A stretch of 64,000 bases of DNA, taken from the IMG/VR virus record IMGVR_UViG_3300045971_000277, positions 31,181-95,180 of that record; one strand, given 5' to 3'. Positions 7,181-17,193 of the stretch are shown here, in pieces (the stretch's first letter is position 1; every line of letters begins with the position of its first letter). The notes under the pieces were generated by a model. That model saw only the letters and a list, made by a program, of their open reading frames with translations, was not told the origin of the DNA and did no database searches. Made by a program: the position numbers and the translations under genes. This DNA comes from a virus.

Positions 7181-10100
7181 ATGCGGCGTTTAGCCTTACT
7201 TATACTGCTGGTCGGTACGGCAGCGGCACAGACGTCACCGGAGTCGAACGCGCATCAGGGTGCGACGACGATGTCGAGCTACCCGGGCGGTCTGGGCCCG
7301 ATATTTGAAGACGTGCCGGATCTAAATCAGCACACGCCCGGCCTGATCACGCCCGATGCCAACGCTGTCGTCCATCTGGTGTGGGACGGTACTGCGCTTG
7401 TTAACCGCATCGGACCCGCCTTCACGATGAACGGGACGGTGCCGCAGGTTCCGGCGCAGTGGTGGGGGCCGCCCGGGGCTGGGCCGTACAGCAATCTCAA
7501 CTATTATTCGGTAACCAGCGGGCTCCCGTCTTCTGGAGACTTCTCCGTTTGCGCAGTCTATTCGTGCCCCACCGCGATCCAGATCGACGCCTATGTAGTG
7601 GCGGTGAACGACAGCGCACTGCAAAACGGCTGGGGGCTGGATATCCGCTGCGGTAGGCCCACGCCCGGCTCTGGTTTCTATACGTTTAACGCGGGTGCTG
7701 GTGCTGGTAGTGCCCCGCTTGGGAGCGGCCCCACTCTCGGTGCAGCGCATGTTACCTGTGCAGGTAAGTCTGGTGCGGCTGTGTATATCAAAGAGGACAA
7801 CGGCGTAACCGTTACTGGAGCGGCTAGCACTTACGGCACCCCCGTCACACCGGTTAGAGTGGTCGGCAACCAGTCGAATAACATGCTGCCGTTCCTTGGC
7901 ACCATCCACGAAGTCTACGCCACCACCACACCCTTCAACGAGACCACCGTCGCCGCGCTGCAAGCCTCGGTGATGGCGAAGATCAACCAGCCCGCCACCG
8001 TACTGCACTGGACTGCTGAAGACTGGAACATGATCAGGTACGGGGAGCAGTTTGAGAATGCGGCGTGGGCGAACACCGGCCTTAATATGGGGCTCGCAGT
8101 TGATACTCAGACTGCCCCTGACGGTACGTTCACCGCTGACTACCTTTACAAGGCAACCAGCGCAGGTTCGACCTCGTTGGTGCAATTTGTCGGGGCGGTC
8201 CAGCCCGCTAACACCCCGCTGACCGTTTCCATCTACGCTCGCGCTTCAGTGACCAGCAGCCAGTTTGACCTCGGCCTATCTTGCGGCGGCTGGGTTGCTG
8301 GTGGTACCGGAAAAGTCGTGTCAGGCCCCGGTATCGTTACGATGGCGGCTGGTACGCTGGGTAGAGTTACCGGTCTGAGCCAGACGCAGTGGACTCGTAT
8401 CGCTGTCAGCGCCCTCGCCCCCGGAGCACAGGCTTGCCAGTTTTACCTGTACCCGGATACGGCAGGCTCATCCACCGTAGGCGCAGGCGTCTACGTCTGG
8501 GGCGCCAGCATGACCCGCTCCACGGTCCCGCTGCCATACAAGAAGCCCAGCACGACCGGCGACACCTTCGTGATGCAGGGCGTGGTTCCGTACTCCAAGG
8601 TGTCTCCGATGATGCCGAACGGGTCGGGCGCGGGGCGCAGGGGTGTGGGCACGTTTACGACGGGGATCTACTTCGATGCTCCTAACAGTACGTTAGGTGA
8701 GTGGGCTGGCGACTGGAACGTGAGCGTAGCCTTCGTTCCGACCAGCTTTGCCGCCACACAGCTACTAGTTGGTAAGCCAAACAATTTGACGAGCGCAGGC
8801 TGGAAAATGTACGTGGACACATCAGGCCGGTTGGTGTGTCAGCGCCACAATGGCGCATGGACCGGCGCTACCACTACCTCTGGCCCGGTGGTTATTGGGT
8901 CCGTCAACGTAGGGACTTGCGGCCTTGCGTCAGGCGTACTGAACGCCAAGCTAAATGGCGGTGCTACAGTTACCGCAGCGTCTACCGGTGCGACAACATC
9001 GGCAGCTTCTTTTGCCTTTAAGGTTGGGGCGTCCGTTGACGGCAACGCTGGCACCACCACCAAGATCTACGAAGTCTGGGCCACCTCGACACCCTTCAAC
9101 GAAGCCAACGTCGCCGCCATCCAAGACGCGGCCATGCGGAACGGCGACCCGACTCGGGCGCTGTTCCCAGACGACGCCAACACGGTCCTGCATCTTGTAG
9201 GAAACAGCTACGACGGCACGACTTGGCGGGCGCCGCAGGCCACGATGACGACGGTCGGCACCGTAGGTTATTCGGATGCCTTCGTGCCCAGCCCTGAGTT
9301 GCCGCGTGACAGCTATGGGCCTTGGTCGGATACGAACTACCTGTCGCTGGGTTCTGGATCAGACGTTCTCGACACCACCGGGGATCGGTACGGGTGCGCG
9401 TTGTTCACGCCGACGAGTCTAAGCGCCGCAGGGTTTATTTTTATCGACGGACAGCCCAGCATCGCTGGACAAAATCTAAAGTTACAGATTGGTGGCGCGA
9501 TCTCGTACTCCTCTTCAGTACCAACAGAGAAGGCCATCAACACTGGCAATTTGGCTCTATCCAATTCACCAAACGTGGCCTGTTACTGGAGATCGGGGAA
9601 TACGATTGCGGCTAAGTTGAACGGGGGAACTTCGACAACGTTAGACGCCACCGCCCTAGAAGTTTCTGGGGTCTCTTATTTTGCAAAGCTGGGCAAGTAC
9701 GAATCGGCTAGCTTCTCCTTCCCCGGCCAGATCCACGAATTCATCGCGGGCAACGGAGCGTGTCCGAACAACAACTGTGAGGCGTGGGCGACGGCTACGC
9801 AGCGCCGCGTGCTGGGTATGCTGACGGCACAGGGGCAAACGGTTGCAGTCACCCGAACGACTCCAGAAACCTACGAGATCCCGGGTACTGGTCAGACGCT
9901 CTGGACGGCACCCGCAGGTACGCCCGCCATCTCTGCTGATGGTATCGGGATCTTCAGGGCCACGACCAACTATGCGTTGCAGAGTGAGGCTTCGTGCGTA
10001 GGAAATCTGGTTCAGGCTCCTTGGGCCCTGACGGGAGTACCCGTACCGACCTGCACGACGGATACAGGTGTCGCGCCTAACGGGACGACCACGATGGACC

Positions 10101-11059
10101 TGTGGGACAACACCGCTAATGCCTCTTCCCGCCTAGGGTATACCGCCCCAACAGCGAACACCACCACGGGAACTGTAAGTACGTGGGCCCAGACAATGAC
10201 TGGAACGGGCCCAACGCTGATCATTGATATGACGGCAGGCACCGCGTCTGGTTGCTCTTGTGGAGGGTCCGTTTGCATCCCCACCCCAGCCTCCACGTAC
10301 TGCTCTGCTGCTTTTAGTGGGGTGGCTGTGCCAACACGCCTGTGGATTTCGGCAAGCACGAACGCCACTGTAACGGGCATCAGCGCCCAGTTTGTTCCGG
10401 GGCAATGGGGGACCTCCACGGGGTCAACCCGCTTCTGGGGCGTTCAGGTCGAGTCCTCCTCTCGCCCCACCCCCTACACGGGCGCGACCACGACAGCAGC
10501 AGTCACCCGCAACGCCGACAACATCACGATCCCGATCCAGATCACGCCCAGCAACACTCGCTGGTGCGCTGGCGGGACCTACACGCCCTACATGCGCGGG
10601 TGGGCGAACCCGGAAGGCACCATCAACACGCTCTGGGCCGCAGGCGCTTTTGATGCTGCCAACTCGGGTCGGCTTGAGATCGGAGGTACGAAGCTGGCGT
10701 ACACGCTGGTGGATTACCTCGGCACTCCCAAGCGACTGGAGTACGACGCCACCGCGATCACAACGGGCTCGCACAAGGTTCAGTCCTGTGTTGCAGACGG
10801 AAGAATGGCGCTCTACGTCGATGATGTGCTGGTGGGGGCTGGCTACACCTTCGCGGCTCCTGACTGGCAGACGATCCGGCCCGGGGTCTGGCTCACACCT
10901 CCTACGACGGTGACTCTGGGAGCGCGTGTGAACCAGACCAACCACTTCGATGGTTATGTCAGGGACTTCAACTTCAAGCGCGACACGTTCTCGTCGGGCA
11001 TGATCATGCAACTCGATGCGGCGCTTGCGGTCTGGGCTCCATTCAACGGGGTAAACTAA
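7181..11059 (+). CDS. Large secreted multi-domain LamG/concanavalin-like and CBM-like fibre/adhesin protein (paralogue 1)
   Basis: MRRLALLILLVGTAAA|QT signal peptide; repeated LamG-like units (FSVCAVY, HVTCAG, IHEVYAT); head-fibre-like CBM units (W...A.APDGT.TA...VYVWGA, FWGVQVE..PTPY); many Cys. Confidence 0.7.
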   Translation: MRRLALLILLVGTAAAQTSPESNAHQGATTMSSYPGGLGPIFEDVPDLNQHTPGLITPDANAVVHLVWDGTALVNRIGPAFTMNGTVPQVPAQWWGPPGAGPYSNLNYYSVTSGLPSSGDFSVCAVYSCPTAIQIDAYVVAVNDSALQNGWGLDIRCGRPTPGSGFYTFNAGAGAGSAPLGSGPTLGAAHVTCAGKSGAAVYIKEDNGVTVTGAASTYGTPVTPVRVVGNQSNNMLPFLGTIHEVYATTTPFNETTVAALQASVMAKINQPATVLHWTAEDWNMIRYGEQFENAAWANTGLNMGLAVDTQTAPDGTFTADYLYKATSAGSTSLVQFVGAVQPANTPLTVSIYARASVTSSQFDLGLSCGGWVAGGTGKVVSGPGIVTMAAGTLGRVTGLSQTQWTRIAVSALAPGAQACQFYLYPDTAGSSTVGAGVYVWGASMTRSTVPLPYKKPSTTGDTFVMQGVVPYSKVSPMMPNGSGAGRRGVGTFTTGIYFDAPNSTLGEWAGDWNVSVAFVPTSFAATQLLVGKPNNLTSAGWKMYVDTSGRLVCQRHNGAWTGATTTSGPVVIGSVNVGTCGLASGVLNAKLNGGATVTAASTGATTSAASFAFKVGASVDGNAGTTTKIYEVWATSTPFNEANVAAIQDAAMRNGDPTRALFPDDANTVLHLVGNSYDGTTWRAPQATMTTVGTVGYSDAFVPSPELPRDSYGPWSDTNYLSLGSGSDVLDTTGDRYGCALFTPTSLSAAGFIFIDGQPSIAGQNLKLQIGGAISYSSSVPTEKAINTGNLALSNSPNVACYWRSGNTIAAKLNGGTSTTLDATALEVSGVSYFAKLGKYESASFSFPGQIHEFIAGNGACPNNNCEAWATATQRRVLGMLTAQGQTVAVTRTTPETYEIPGTGQTLWTAPAGTPAISADGIGIFRATTNYALQSEASCVGNLVQAPWALTGVPVPTCTTDTGVAPNGTTTMDLWDNTANASSRLGYTAPTANTTTGTVSTWAQTMTGTGPTLIIDMTAGTASGCSCGGSVCIPTPASTYCSAAFSGVAVPTRLWISASTNATVTGISAQFVPGQWGTSTGSTRFWGVQVESSSRPTPYTGATTTAAVTRNADNITIPIQITPSNTRWCAGGTYTPYMRGWANPEGTINTLWAAGAFDAANSGRLEIGGTKLAYTLVDYLGTPKRLEYDATAITTGSHKVQSCVADGRMALYVDDVLVGAGYTFAAPDWQTIRPGVWLTPPTTVTLGARVNQTNHFDGYVRDFNFKRDTFSSGMIMQLDAALAVWAPFNGVN

Positions 11060-11060
11060 C

Positions 11061-14000
11061 ATGAAGAAGCTACTGCTACTGGCTCTGCTGATCCCCGTGC
11101 AATCAATTGCGGACGGCGTCTTCACGGAAGATGCAAACGTGGTCCTGCATTGGGTGGCGGACGAGTGGAACATGATCAGGTTCCCTGAGGCGTTCACGGC
11201 TGGACAGTGGCCCAGTGGGACGGTTTCTGCGACGGTGACCGACAACTTCGCGGCGGCCCCGAACGGGACGATGACTGCCGCGAGGGTTGTCTGGGCTGCC
11301 GGTGCGCCTCGCTACGTGGTATCCGCCGCAGTAGTTGAGGGCTCCACGGTACACACGGCATCTATGTGGCTGAAGTCCAACACCGGAGCCAACCAAGTCT
11401 TGAGGCTGTTTTCCTGTGGGGCGCTGCCTCTGGTCGATACCACCGTCACCACAACTTGGCAGCGTTTCTCGGTTACTTGCACCACCACAGCTACCACCGG
11501 ACTGAAGCAGGTGGTTGGGGTCTACTCGGCCACCACCAACGTCGCGGCCGACATTCTGATCTGGGGCGCTCAACTGGTCCGTGGCGACCGTGCGCTACCG
11601 TACAAGAGCCCTCCGGTGGCGAACCTGCTGGCAAGCCCGAAGGCAATTGGAACTTCTCCTTGGCTCTCTTCCGGGTGCGCTTTTGGTAACTGGAGCGCCT
11701 TGGTGGCTACGCAGAATTCGGTGGCGTCCCCAGACGGTGTTGTCACGGCCACCAAGTTGGCTTTGGGCGTTACAGGGAATAGTTCTAACTCGGTGTGCCA
11801 AGTTCTTTCGGCCACCCCATCGGCTATCTACAAGTTAGGCGTGTGGCTGAAGGGCGATGGCACTCTCTCGTCCGTACAGATGGGGTTTAACACCGGTAAC
11901 TCTGGGGTCTTGGTGTTAAACAACAGGCAGACGAAGACTTGTCCCCTCACGACTGCGTGGAGTTACTGCGAAGGCATCGGCTACACGTTCCCCGCCAGCG
12001 GGTCAAACCAGATCGAGCCATACATCCAGGTCGATTCCATCCAGCCGTCTGGGGCCGCCTTCTACGCTTGGGGAGCGACACTCACCCGCGCCGACCAGCA
12101 AGGCGACACGCTGGTGATGAACGGCACGGTGCCTGTCTCCAACTCCACGCTGTTCCCCAGCGGGTACGGTACTGGACGTAGGGGGGTGGGGCCATATGCT
12201 GCGGGCGCACCCCTTTTTAATTCAGACATCCCGGTTGCCACCAATACGGCCGCCTTTACCGTATGTGTGGCTTACTACCCACAAAGAGATATTGCAAATA
12301 ACGAATTACTAATAACCACTGGGCAATACAACGTCAGTGGTTTTCAACTGTGGCATCGACCTGACCCTGCCGGGTATCAGGGGGTTTTCAACACCTCGAC
12401 GGCGGGTCTAATAACGCAATCTATGGCAGCTATACCCTCTATGCGGGGACTGTCGGTGCTCTGTGGGGGCGTGAACGGCAGCAACCAGTACGTTAAAAGC
12501 AACAGCGGGTTGACTTACACTACAGCTTCACCAAAAACAACTCCCGGAACTCTCACCAAGATTGGCATCGATGCCGGAGTCGGTAGTGGTGGTAGCACCC
12601 TCATTTACGAAGTCTACGTCACCAACTCCGCGTGGAACGAAGCCACCGTGACGGCCCTGCAATCGGCTGCACTCGCACAGGGCGATCCCACGAAGCCGCT
12701 GTTCACGCCTGACGCCAACACCGTCCTGCACCTGAAGGGGAACGACTACACGGGCGGCAGTGTTTGGGCGGGCGACTACGGCAGCGTCACGAAAGTCGGA
12801 ACCGTGGGGTACAGCGACAGCTTCGTACCTCCGATCCAGAACCGTCTTGCCCGCCAAGCGTATGGTCCGTTGTCTTCATCGAATTACCTCTCTCTAGGTG
12901 CTGGTGCCGACGTTCTCGACTTTGCTGGCGACTTCACGGTGTGCGCCGTGGCTACGTCCCCAGTGGGACTTACCGCCCCTATTGTCGGATCTGGAAACTT
13001 TGGGGCTTCAGGTGCTGGGTGGGACATGGGCGTTACTTCGTCTTCCGGTTACATCAACACCTTTGCGACGGGGTCCACCATCACTGGTACGACCACCAAC
13101 GCTCTGACTGTGCCGGGAGGCGGGCCTACCGTAGTTTGTGCAGGCCGGGCTGGTAGCACGCAGTACGTTAAGGCAAACGGTGGAACAACCGTATCGTCAG
13201 CGGGGGCAAAGACTACCCCAGATACTACCACCCCCTCTTACATAGGTAAGCGTGGCGATGCTGGCGGTGGTTTCTTCTCTGGACAAGTTCTAGAAGTCTA
13301 CGCCACCACCTCCGCATGGAACGAAACGACCGTCAGCAACCTCCAGAAGAAGGCCCTCGGCATGATCCTGCCCACGGGTCAGACTCTTTCAGTCACCCGT
13401 GCTGGCCCGCAAACGGTTGCAGTCCCGACCGCTACTGGCCCTGCTGTCGTTACGGTTCCTGCGGGCGCTCCTGCCTTGGGTCCTGACGGGATCGAGGTGT
13501 ACGGGACGAGGGTGAATTCGATCCTGCAAAGCCAGACCATCGCTTCGGGTACCAACTACATCGCACCGTGGACAGCAAACCTGACCACCGTCACCGAAAT
13601 CGCCGGGGGTCCAAGCGGATCTGGTTCATGGGCGGAAGTCACCTCCACTAACGTACAAGGCGGGACCGACGCAGGGACAGTCACCATCCCGTCCAACGCC
13701 GTCTACACGTTCTCTATCTGGGCGTCGAAGTCGTCTGGCACCGGGTACGCCGGGTTGATGGGTATGACTTCCAACAACATAGCAGCATCGTCATGCTCTT
13801 GCGGGCGCAGCGATGGGGGTGCGTGTACGGCCCAGAACACGGGGCCTGCTGGTACTTCATACTGCTACTTCACCCTCCCAGACCTAGGGACCACTCCGAT
13901 CCGTATGTGGCTTACGGTAACTGGGCCGTCGGCTGCTACGGCCCCCAGACTGCTCCTTCTGCCGGGGCAGTATCCGACCGCTGTCGGCACCACCCGTTTC

Positions 14001-15068
14001 TGGGGCGCACAAGTAGAAGCAGGCGTCACCACACCCGGCCCGTATTGTCCTACTACGACGGGTACTTGTACGACGCCCGCCACGGTAGCGACGGTTCCAC
14101 TACCGGTGCTGGGGTATGCGAACCTGTATTTCCAGAGCGAGACTCCCGCGTCATGGTCTCGTAAGTTCGGGGTGGTGAACACCGACAACCAAATTCTATC
14201 CCCGGTAGGCACCATGACCGGCGGGCAGATTACGGAAGACGGCACGACGGCAGTCCATTACACAGACACGACCGTGACGACGGCCAACGCCCCCCACGCT
14301 TACTCGATATCACTCAAGGCTGGAACGAGGACTTGGGCCACCATCAACAAGGCGGGAGGGACGGCTGAGTATTGCTACATCAATCTGATGACCGGGGCGC
14401 TAGGGTCTTGTTCCCCGTCCTTTACCGGAAACGTGACCGTAACGGCGCAGCCCAACGGCTGGTGGAGGGTCAACGTGACCTACACACCTCCTGCTGGCGG
14501 GGTGTTCTGGGGCGTCGGTCTTGCCTCCTCAGATGGGGTGAATAGCTACACAGGCGACCCCAGCAAGTACATCTACGTCTGGGGTGCTCAACTCACCGCT
14601 ACCCCCACCGTCCAGCCCTATGTCCCCACTACGTCCGCGATTGCATACGGCGGGAACAAGTGGTGCGTGGGGGTGACGGGGCAGCCGCCTGCTGGGATCT
14701 GGCCGGGAAGCGTTGGCGGAAACTATTTGATCAGCATCGGTGTCGCGGGTTTGGCTAACTCGTTTGGGCTTTACAGAGCAGCCGCCTCCGGGGCGGTGTG
14801 GGCGTACCTTTGGGACTCCGGAGCGGTGCTCCGAAACACAGGGACAACGGCGACTATGAGTACCGGACCTCATCGGTTCGTCGCCCACAACTCTGCCGGT
14901 ACCTTGACGCTCTACGCGGACGGGATAGCTACCACCTCGTCGGCTGCTGGGACAGCGTTGTTCAGCGCCACCTCCGCCACCCTATCGATGGGTTCCGGCG
15001 AGGGAGAAAAGATCATCTCCAACCTCAAGATCGTCAACAACCCCAAGTCATGGCGTGAGTGTTTTTAG
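11061..15068 (+). CDS. Large secreted multi-domain LamG/CBM-like fibre/adhesin protein (paralogue 2)
   Basis: MKKLLLLALLIPVQSIA|DG signal peptide; same scaffold motifs as 7181 (LHW...WNMIR, GRRGVG, EVY.T...NE.TV..LQ, DANTVLHL, VGTVGYSD.FVP, NYLSLG.G.DVLD). Confidence 0.7.
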   Translation: MKKLLLLALLIPVQSIADGVFTEDANVVLHWVADEWNMIRFPEAFTAGQWPSGTVSATVTDNFAAAPNGTMTAARVVWAAGAPRYVVSAAVVEGSTVHTASMWLKSNTGANQVLRLFSCGALPLVDTTVTTTWQRFSVTCTTTATTGLKQVVGVYSATTNVAADILIWGAQLVRGDRALPYKSPPVANLLASPKAIGTSPWLSSGCAFGNWSALVATQNSVASPDGVVTATKLALGVTGNSSNSVCQVLSATPSAIYKLGVWLKGDGTLSSVQMGFNTGNSGVLVLNNRQTKTCPLTTAWSYCEGIGYTFPASGSNQIEPYIQVDSIQPSGAAFYAWGATLTRADQQGDTLVMNGTVPVSNSTLFPSGYGTGRRGVGPYAAGAPLFNSDIPVATNTAAFTVCVAYYPQRDIANNELLITTGQYNVSGFQLWHRPDPAGYQGVFNTSTAGLITQSMAAIPSMRGLSVLCGGVNGSNQYVKSNSGLTYTTASPKTTPGTLTKIGIDAGVGSGGSTLIYEVYVTNSAWNEATVTALQSAALAQGDPTKPLFTPDANTVLHLKGNDYTGGSVWAGDYGSVTKVGTVGYSDSFVPPIQNRLARQAYGPLSSSNYLSLGAGADVLDFAGDFTVCAVATSPVGLTAPIVGSGNFGASGAGWDMGVTSSSGYINTFATGSTITGTTTNALTVPGGGPTVVCAGRAGSTQYVKANGGTTVSSAGAKTTPDTTTPSYIGKRGDAGGGFFSGQVLEVYATTSAWNETTVSNLQKKALGMILPTGQTLSVTRAGPQTVAVPTATGPAVVTVPAGAPALGPDGIEVYGTRVNSILQSQTIASGTNYIAPWTANLTTVTEIAGGPSGSGSWAEVTSTNVQGGTDAGTVTIPSNAVYTFSIWASKSSGTGYAGLMGMTSNNIAASSCSCGRSDGGACTAQNTGPAGTSYCYFTLPDLGTTPIRMWLTVTGPSAATAPRLLLLPGQYPTAVGTTRFWGAQVEAGVTTPGPYCPTTTGTCTTPATVATVPLPVLGYANLYFQSETPASWSRKFGVVNTDNQILSPVGTMTGGQITEDGTTAVHYTDTTVTTANAPHAYSISLKAGTRTWATINKAGGTAEYCYINLMTGALGSCSPSFTGNVTVTAQPNGWWRVNVTYTPPAGGVFWGVGLASSDGVNSYTGDPSKYIYVWGAQLTATPTVQPYVPTTSAIAYGGNKWCVGVTGQPPAGIWPGSVGGNYLISIGVAGLANSFGLYRAAASGAVWAYLWDSGAVLRNTGTTATMSTGPHRFVAHNSAGTLTLYADGIATTSSAAGTALFSATSATLSMGSGEGEKIISNLKIVNNPKSWRECF

Positions 15069-15070
15069 CC

Positions 15071-15499
15071 ATGAAGAAACTTCTCGGCATCCTCGTAGTG
15101 CTGCAACTCGCGTGTCTCCACCCGCCGCATGGATACAGCGTGTGGGGTGGCACGCCGGAACAGCAAGCCGCTGCGAACGACATGTGGGTGGTGGCGAAGG
15201 CCGTCACGGGCGACACCTCCGGGGCCTTGTCAGGCGACCTCGGCGTCCGCTTCTCGCCCAACCAGTACGACCTGATCCAGTTTTGCCTTTACGACTTCAA
15301 CACGGTCGCGGGCTGTACGTATCGAAGTGGCGATGGCTTCGCCGTCATCGTGGAGATCCATCCGGATCAGTTGGTTACTGATACCGCTCTGGCCCACGAA
15401 CTCTGCCATGTGGGCTATGTGACAACTAACGAAGACCAAGTTAAAGCTTGTGCGGCTGAAGTTATAGCTGAATATGAGGCCCAATATGTCACTCCTTAG
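15071..15499 (+). CDS. Putative lipoprotein zinc metallopeptidase
   Basis: Start set at ATG 15071; MKKLLGILVVLQLA|C (imperfect lipobox); ALAHELCHVG HExxH motif. Confidence 0.6.
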   Translation: MKKLLGILVVLQLACLHPPHGYSVWGGTPEQQAAANDMWVVAKAVTGDTSGALSGDLGVRFSPNQYDLIQFCLYDFNTVAGCTYRSGDGFAVIVEIHPDQLVTDTALAHELCHVGYVTTNEDQVKACAAEVIAEYEAQYVTP

Positions 15500-15800
15500 C
15501 GATATCAAGCGTAACTGGGCCGCTCTAGGCGCCATTGGCGTCATCGTCGGCGGCACCTTCTATGCCCTAGACGCCCTCGATGCCCGTGCAGCCGAAGTAG
15601 CCAAAAAGGAGGTCCAAGCTACCATTAATGTTGAAATGGTGGCGGGGGCCAAGAAGGCTGCCCGGGAAGCCGTACAGGAAGCCATGGCGGAGCAGAAGGC
15701 CGCGATGAGCGCTATCGTCAAGGAAGCCGCCCGCGAAGTCGCCAAGGAAGTCGTCCGGGCGCAGCGGGCTGAAGATAAGGCCGCGAAAGCCAAGCCGTAA
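15486..15800 (+). CDS. Membrane-anchored coiled-coil protein
   Basis: Start set at ATG 15486; one N-terminal TM (WAALGAIGVIVGGTFYAL) then an Ala/Glu/Lys helical coil. Confidence 0.65.
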   Translation: MSLLSDIKRNWAALGAIGVIVGGTFYALDALDARAAEVAKKEVQATINVEMVAGAKKAAREAVQEAMAEQKAAMSAIVKEAAREVAKEVVRAQRAEDKAAKAKP

Positions 15801-15807
15801 AGGAGAT

Positions 15808-16149
15808 ATGATGGAACCTAAACTCTCAGATGACCATCTCGTAGATTCTAATGACTCTGGCTGGCGCAAGCTTGGATTGACGGCGGCCGGGCTAGCCCTA
15901 ATCGCGTGGGGATACTGGATCACCCAATTCTCATCTATCTTACAGGGTCTCTATACGGTTTATATCGGTGCCGTTATCAGTCTCGTTACAATATTTATGG
16001 GCCTGCACATTGCCGATAAGGTCCAAGGTGGCATTATAAATCTGAAGGCATACCCGCTGACTAACGGTGATACGCCTCCAGTCGTCACCCCACCTCCAGC
16101 CCCGGGAGCCGCCGATGTCGTTCCTCCTCCGCCTCCTCCCGCTGCTTAA
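15808..16149 (+). CDS. Two-TM holin-like membrane protein with Pro-rich tail
   Basis: RBS AAGGAG; GWRKLGL start, two TM helices, F...HIADK motif, poly-Pro C-terminus. Confidence 0.55.
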   Translation: MMEPKLSDDHLVDSNDSGWRKLGLTAAGLALIAWGYWITQFSSILQGLYTVYIGAVISLVTIFMGLHIADKVQGGIINLKAYPLTNGDTPPVVTPPPAPGAADVVPPPPPPAA

Positions 16150-16510
16150 GTCCGGATTGACCCCACTCAAGGCTTGGTGGATCAGGCTTAACTGGAACGA
16201 TAAGATTACGATCGTCATCATTGTGGCGGTTGGCTGCATCGTCGGATTCCAGTACCTTAGTCTACGCCAACACAATCGAGAGATTGTTGAGCTTAAGGCT
16301 AAAGTGGCTGAGTTGGCCACCAAGGCTGATTTGGCTCGCATTGATGGGCGGATTGACGCAACTCACGGGCAGATTGAGTCGGTCAATACTTCAATTGGCA
16401 AGCTTGAAACCGACCTAGACAAGGTCCGTGGCGGCATAAAGCCACCGACGATTACTGGCATGTCGGAATCCGCTATTGTTGACGCGTTCAAGAAACTGGG
16501 TGCGCCATGA
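16115..16510 (+). CDS. Inner-membrane spanin-like protein (N-terminal TM + coiled coil)
   Basis: Start set at ATG 16115 (GGGAG upstream), overlapping the previous gene by 35 nt; TM ITIVIIVAVGCIVGFQYL followed by a heptad coil. Confidence 0.5.
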   Translation: MSFLLRLLPLLKSGLTPLKAWWIRLNWNDKITIVIIVAVGCIVGFQYLSLRQHNREIVELKAKVAELATKADLARIDGRIDATHGQIESVNTSIGKLETDLDKVRGGIKPPTITGMSESAIVDAFKKLGAP

Positions 16511-16962
16511 AACGCCTCGTCGCTCTTCTTTTGCTTTTGCCGATGGCTTCGCTCGCCCAGACCCCATATGTAACACTAATACCGGAACTGAAGCTCCGGA
16601 CGCAGTTCGCGCCCCAGGCTGTACAGGTCCTGGGCCGCCCCGGCGTATGGTTTCCAAATGATGACGCCGAGTATCTACTCAAGCTGCGTGTCGACACCGT
16701 GCCGTCCTTGTACAACACCGTGGTAGCGCAAGATGCACTGATTCAACAGTATCAGGAACGCGTACGGCTCTCTGATAATCTATTTAATCTAGAGCATCAG
16801 CGTGGGTTGAACCTAGAGAAGGCCAATCACGACCTCAATGGCTCGCTCCAGAAGTGTTTGGGTGAGCGTCCATGGTATCAGTCCACCACCTTTATGGTCG
16901 GCGTAGGCTTCGTCGCCGGAATGCTCGTCATGGGTGGCGCGGTCTGGCTAGGACGGAAGTAA
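16507..16962 (+). CDS. Secreted coiled-coil protein with C-terminal TM anchor (spanin-like partner?)
   Basis: ATGA overlap with 16115; MKRLVALLLLLPMASLA|QT signal; C-terminal FMVGVGFVAGMLVMGGAVWL TM. Confidence 0.55.
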   Translation: MKRLVALLLLLPMASLAQTPYVTLIPELKLRTQFAPQAVQVLGRPGVWFPNDDAEYLLKLRVDTVPSLYNTVVAQDALIQQYQERVRLSDNLFNLEHQRGLNLEKANHDLNGSLQKCLGERPWYQSTTFMVGVGFVAGMLVMGGAVWLGRK

Positions 16963-17192
16963 TGGACCCGATTATTACAAAGATGTTAGAGGTGTGGGGC
17001 CTACCCAGCGCATTCGTTATTGCGCTCGCGGTTGGTATTAAGGTCCTATATGACCGTAACAATGAGATTCAAGATGCGCGACTAGAAGAAGCCAAAGAAT
17101 ACGCGAAGGACCTGTCGGAAATCATCACCAACCTACGTGCTACTTTGGATAGCCTAACTCAGGCCATTCATGCGTTAATGGCGAGGAAGTAG
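16962..17192 (+). CDS. Single-TM holin-like (BhlA-like) protein
   Basis: Start set at ATG 16962 (TAATG overlap); WGLPSAFVIALAVGIKVLY TM then coiled coil. Confidence 0.5.
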   Translation: MDPIITKMLEVWGLPSAFVIALAVGIKVLYDRNNEIQDARLEEAKEYAKDLSEIITNLRATLDSLTQAIHALMARK

Positions 17193-17193
17193 T

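Noticed and set aside
10424-11245. Long antisense ORFs (also 7322-8185, 53073-53825, 402-815) and the +strand alternative ORF 61373-61993
   Set aside because: Shadow frames of well-supported genes with biased codon usage; no RBS or recognisable motifs.
14118-14138. ANLYFQS resembles the TEV protease site ENLYFQ/S
   Set aside because: P6 is Ala not Glu, it sits in a natural N-L-x-x-Q-S-E domain-start motif seen elsewhere in these proteins, and there is no vector context; treated as coincidence.
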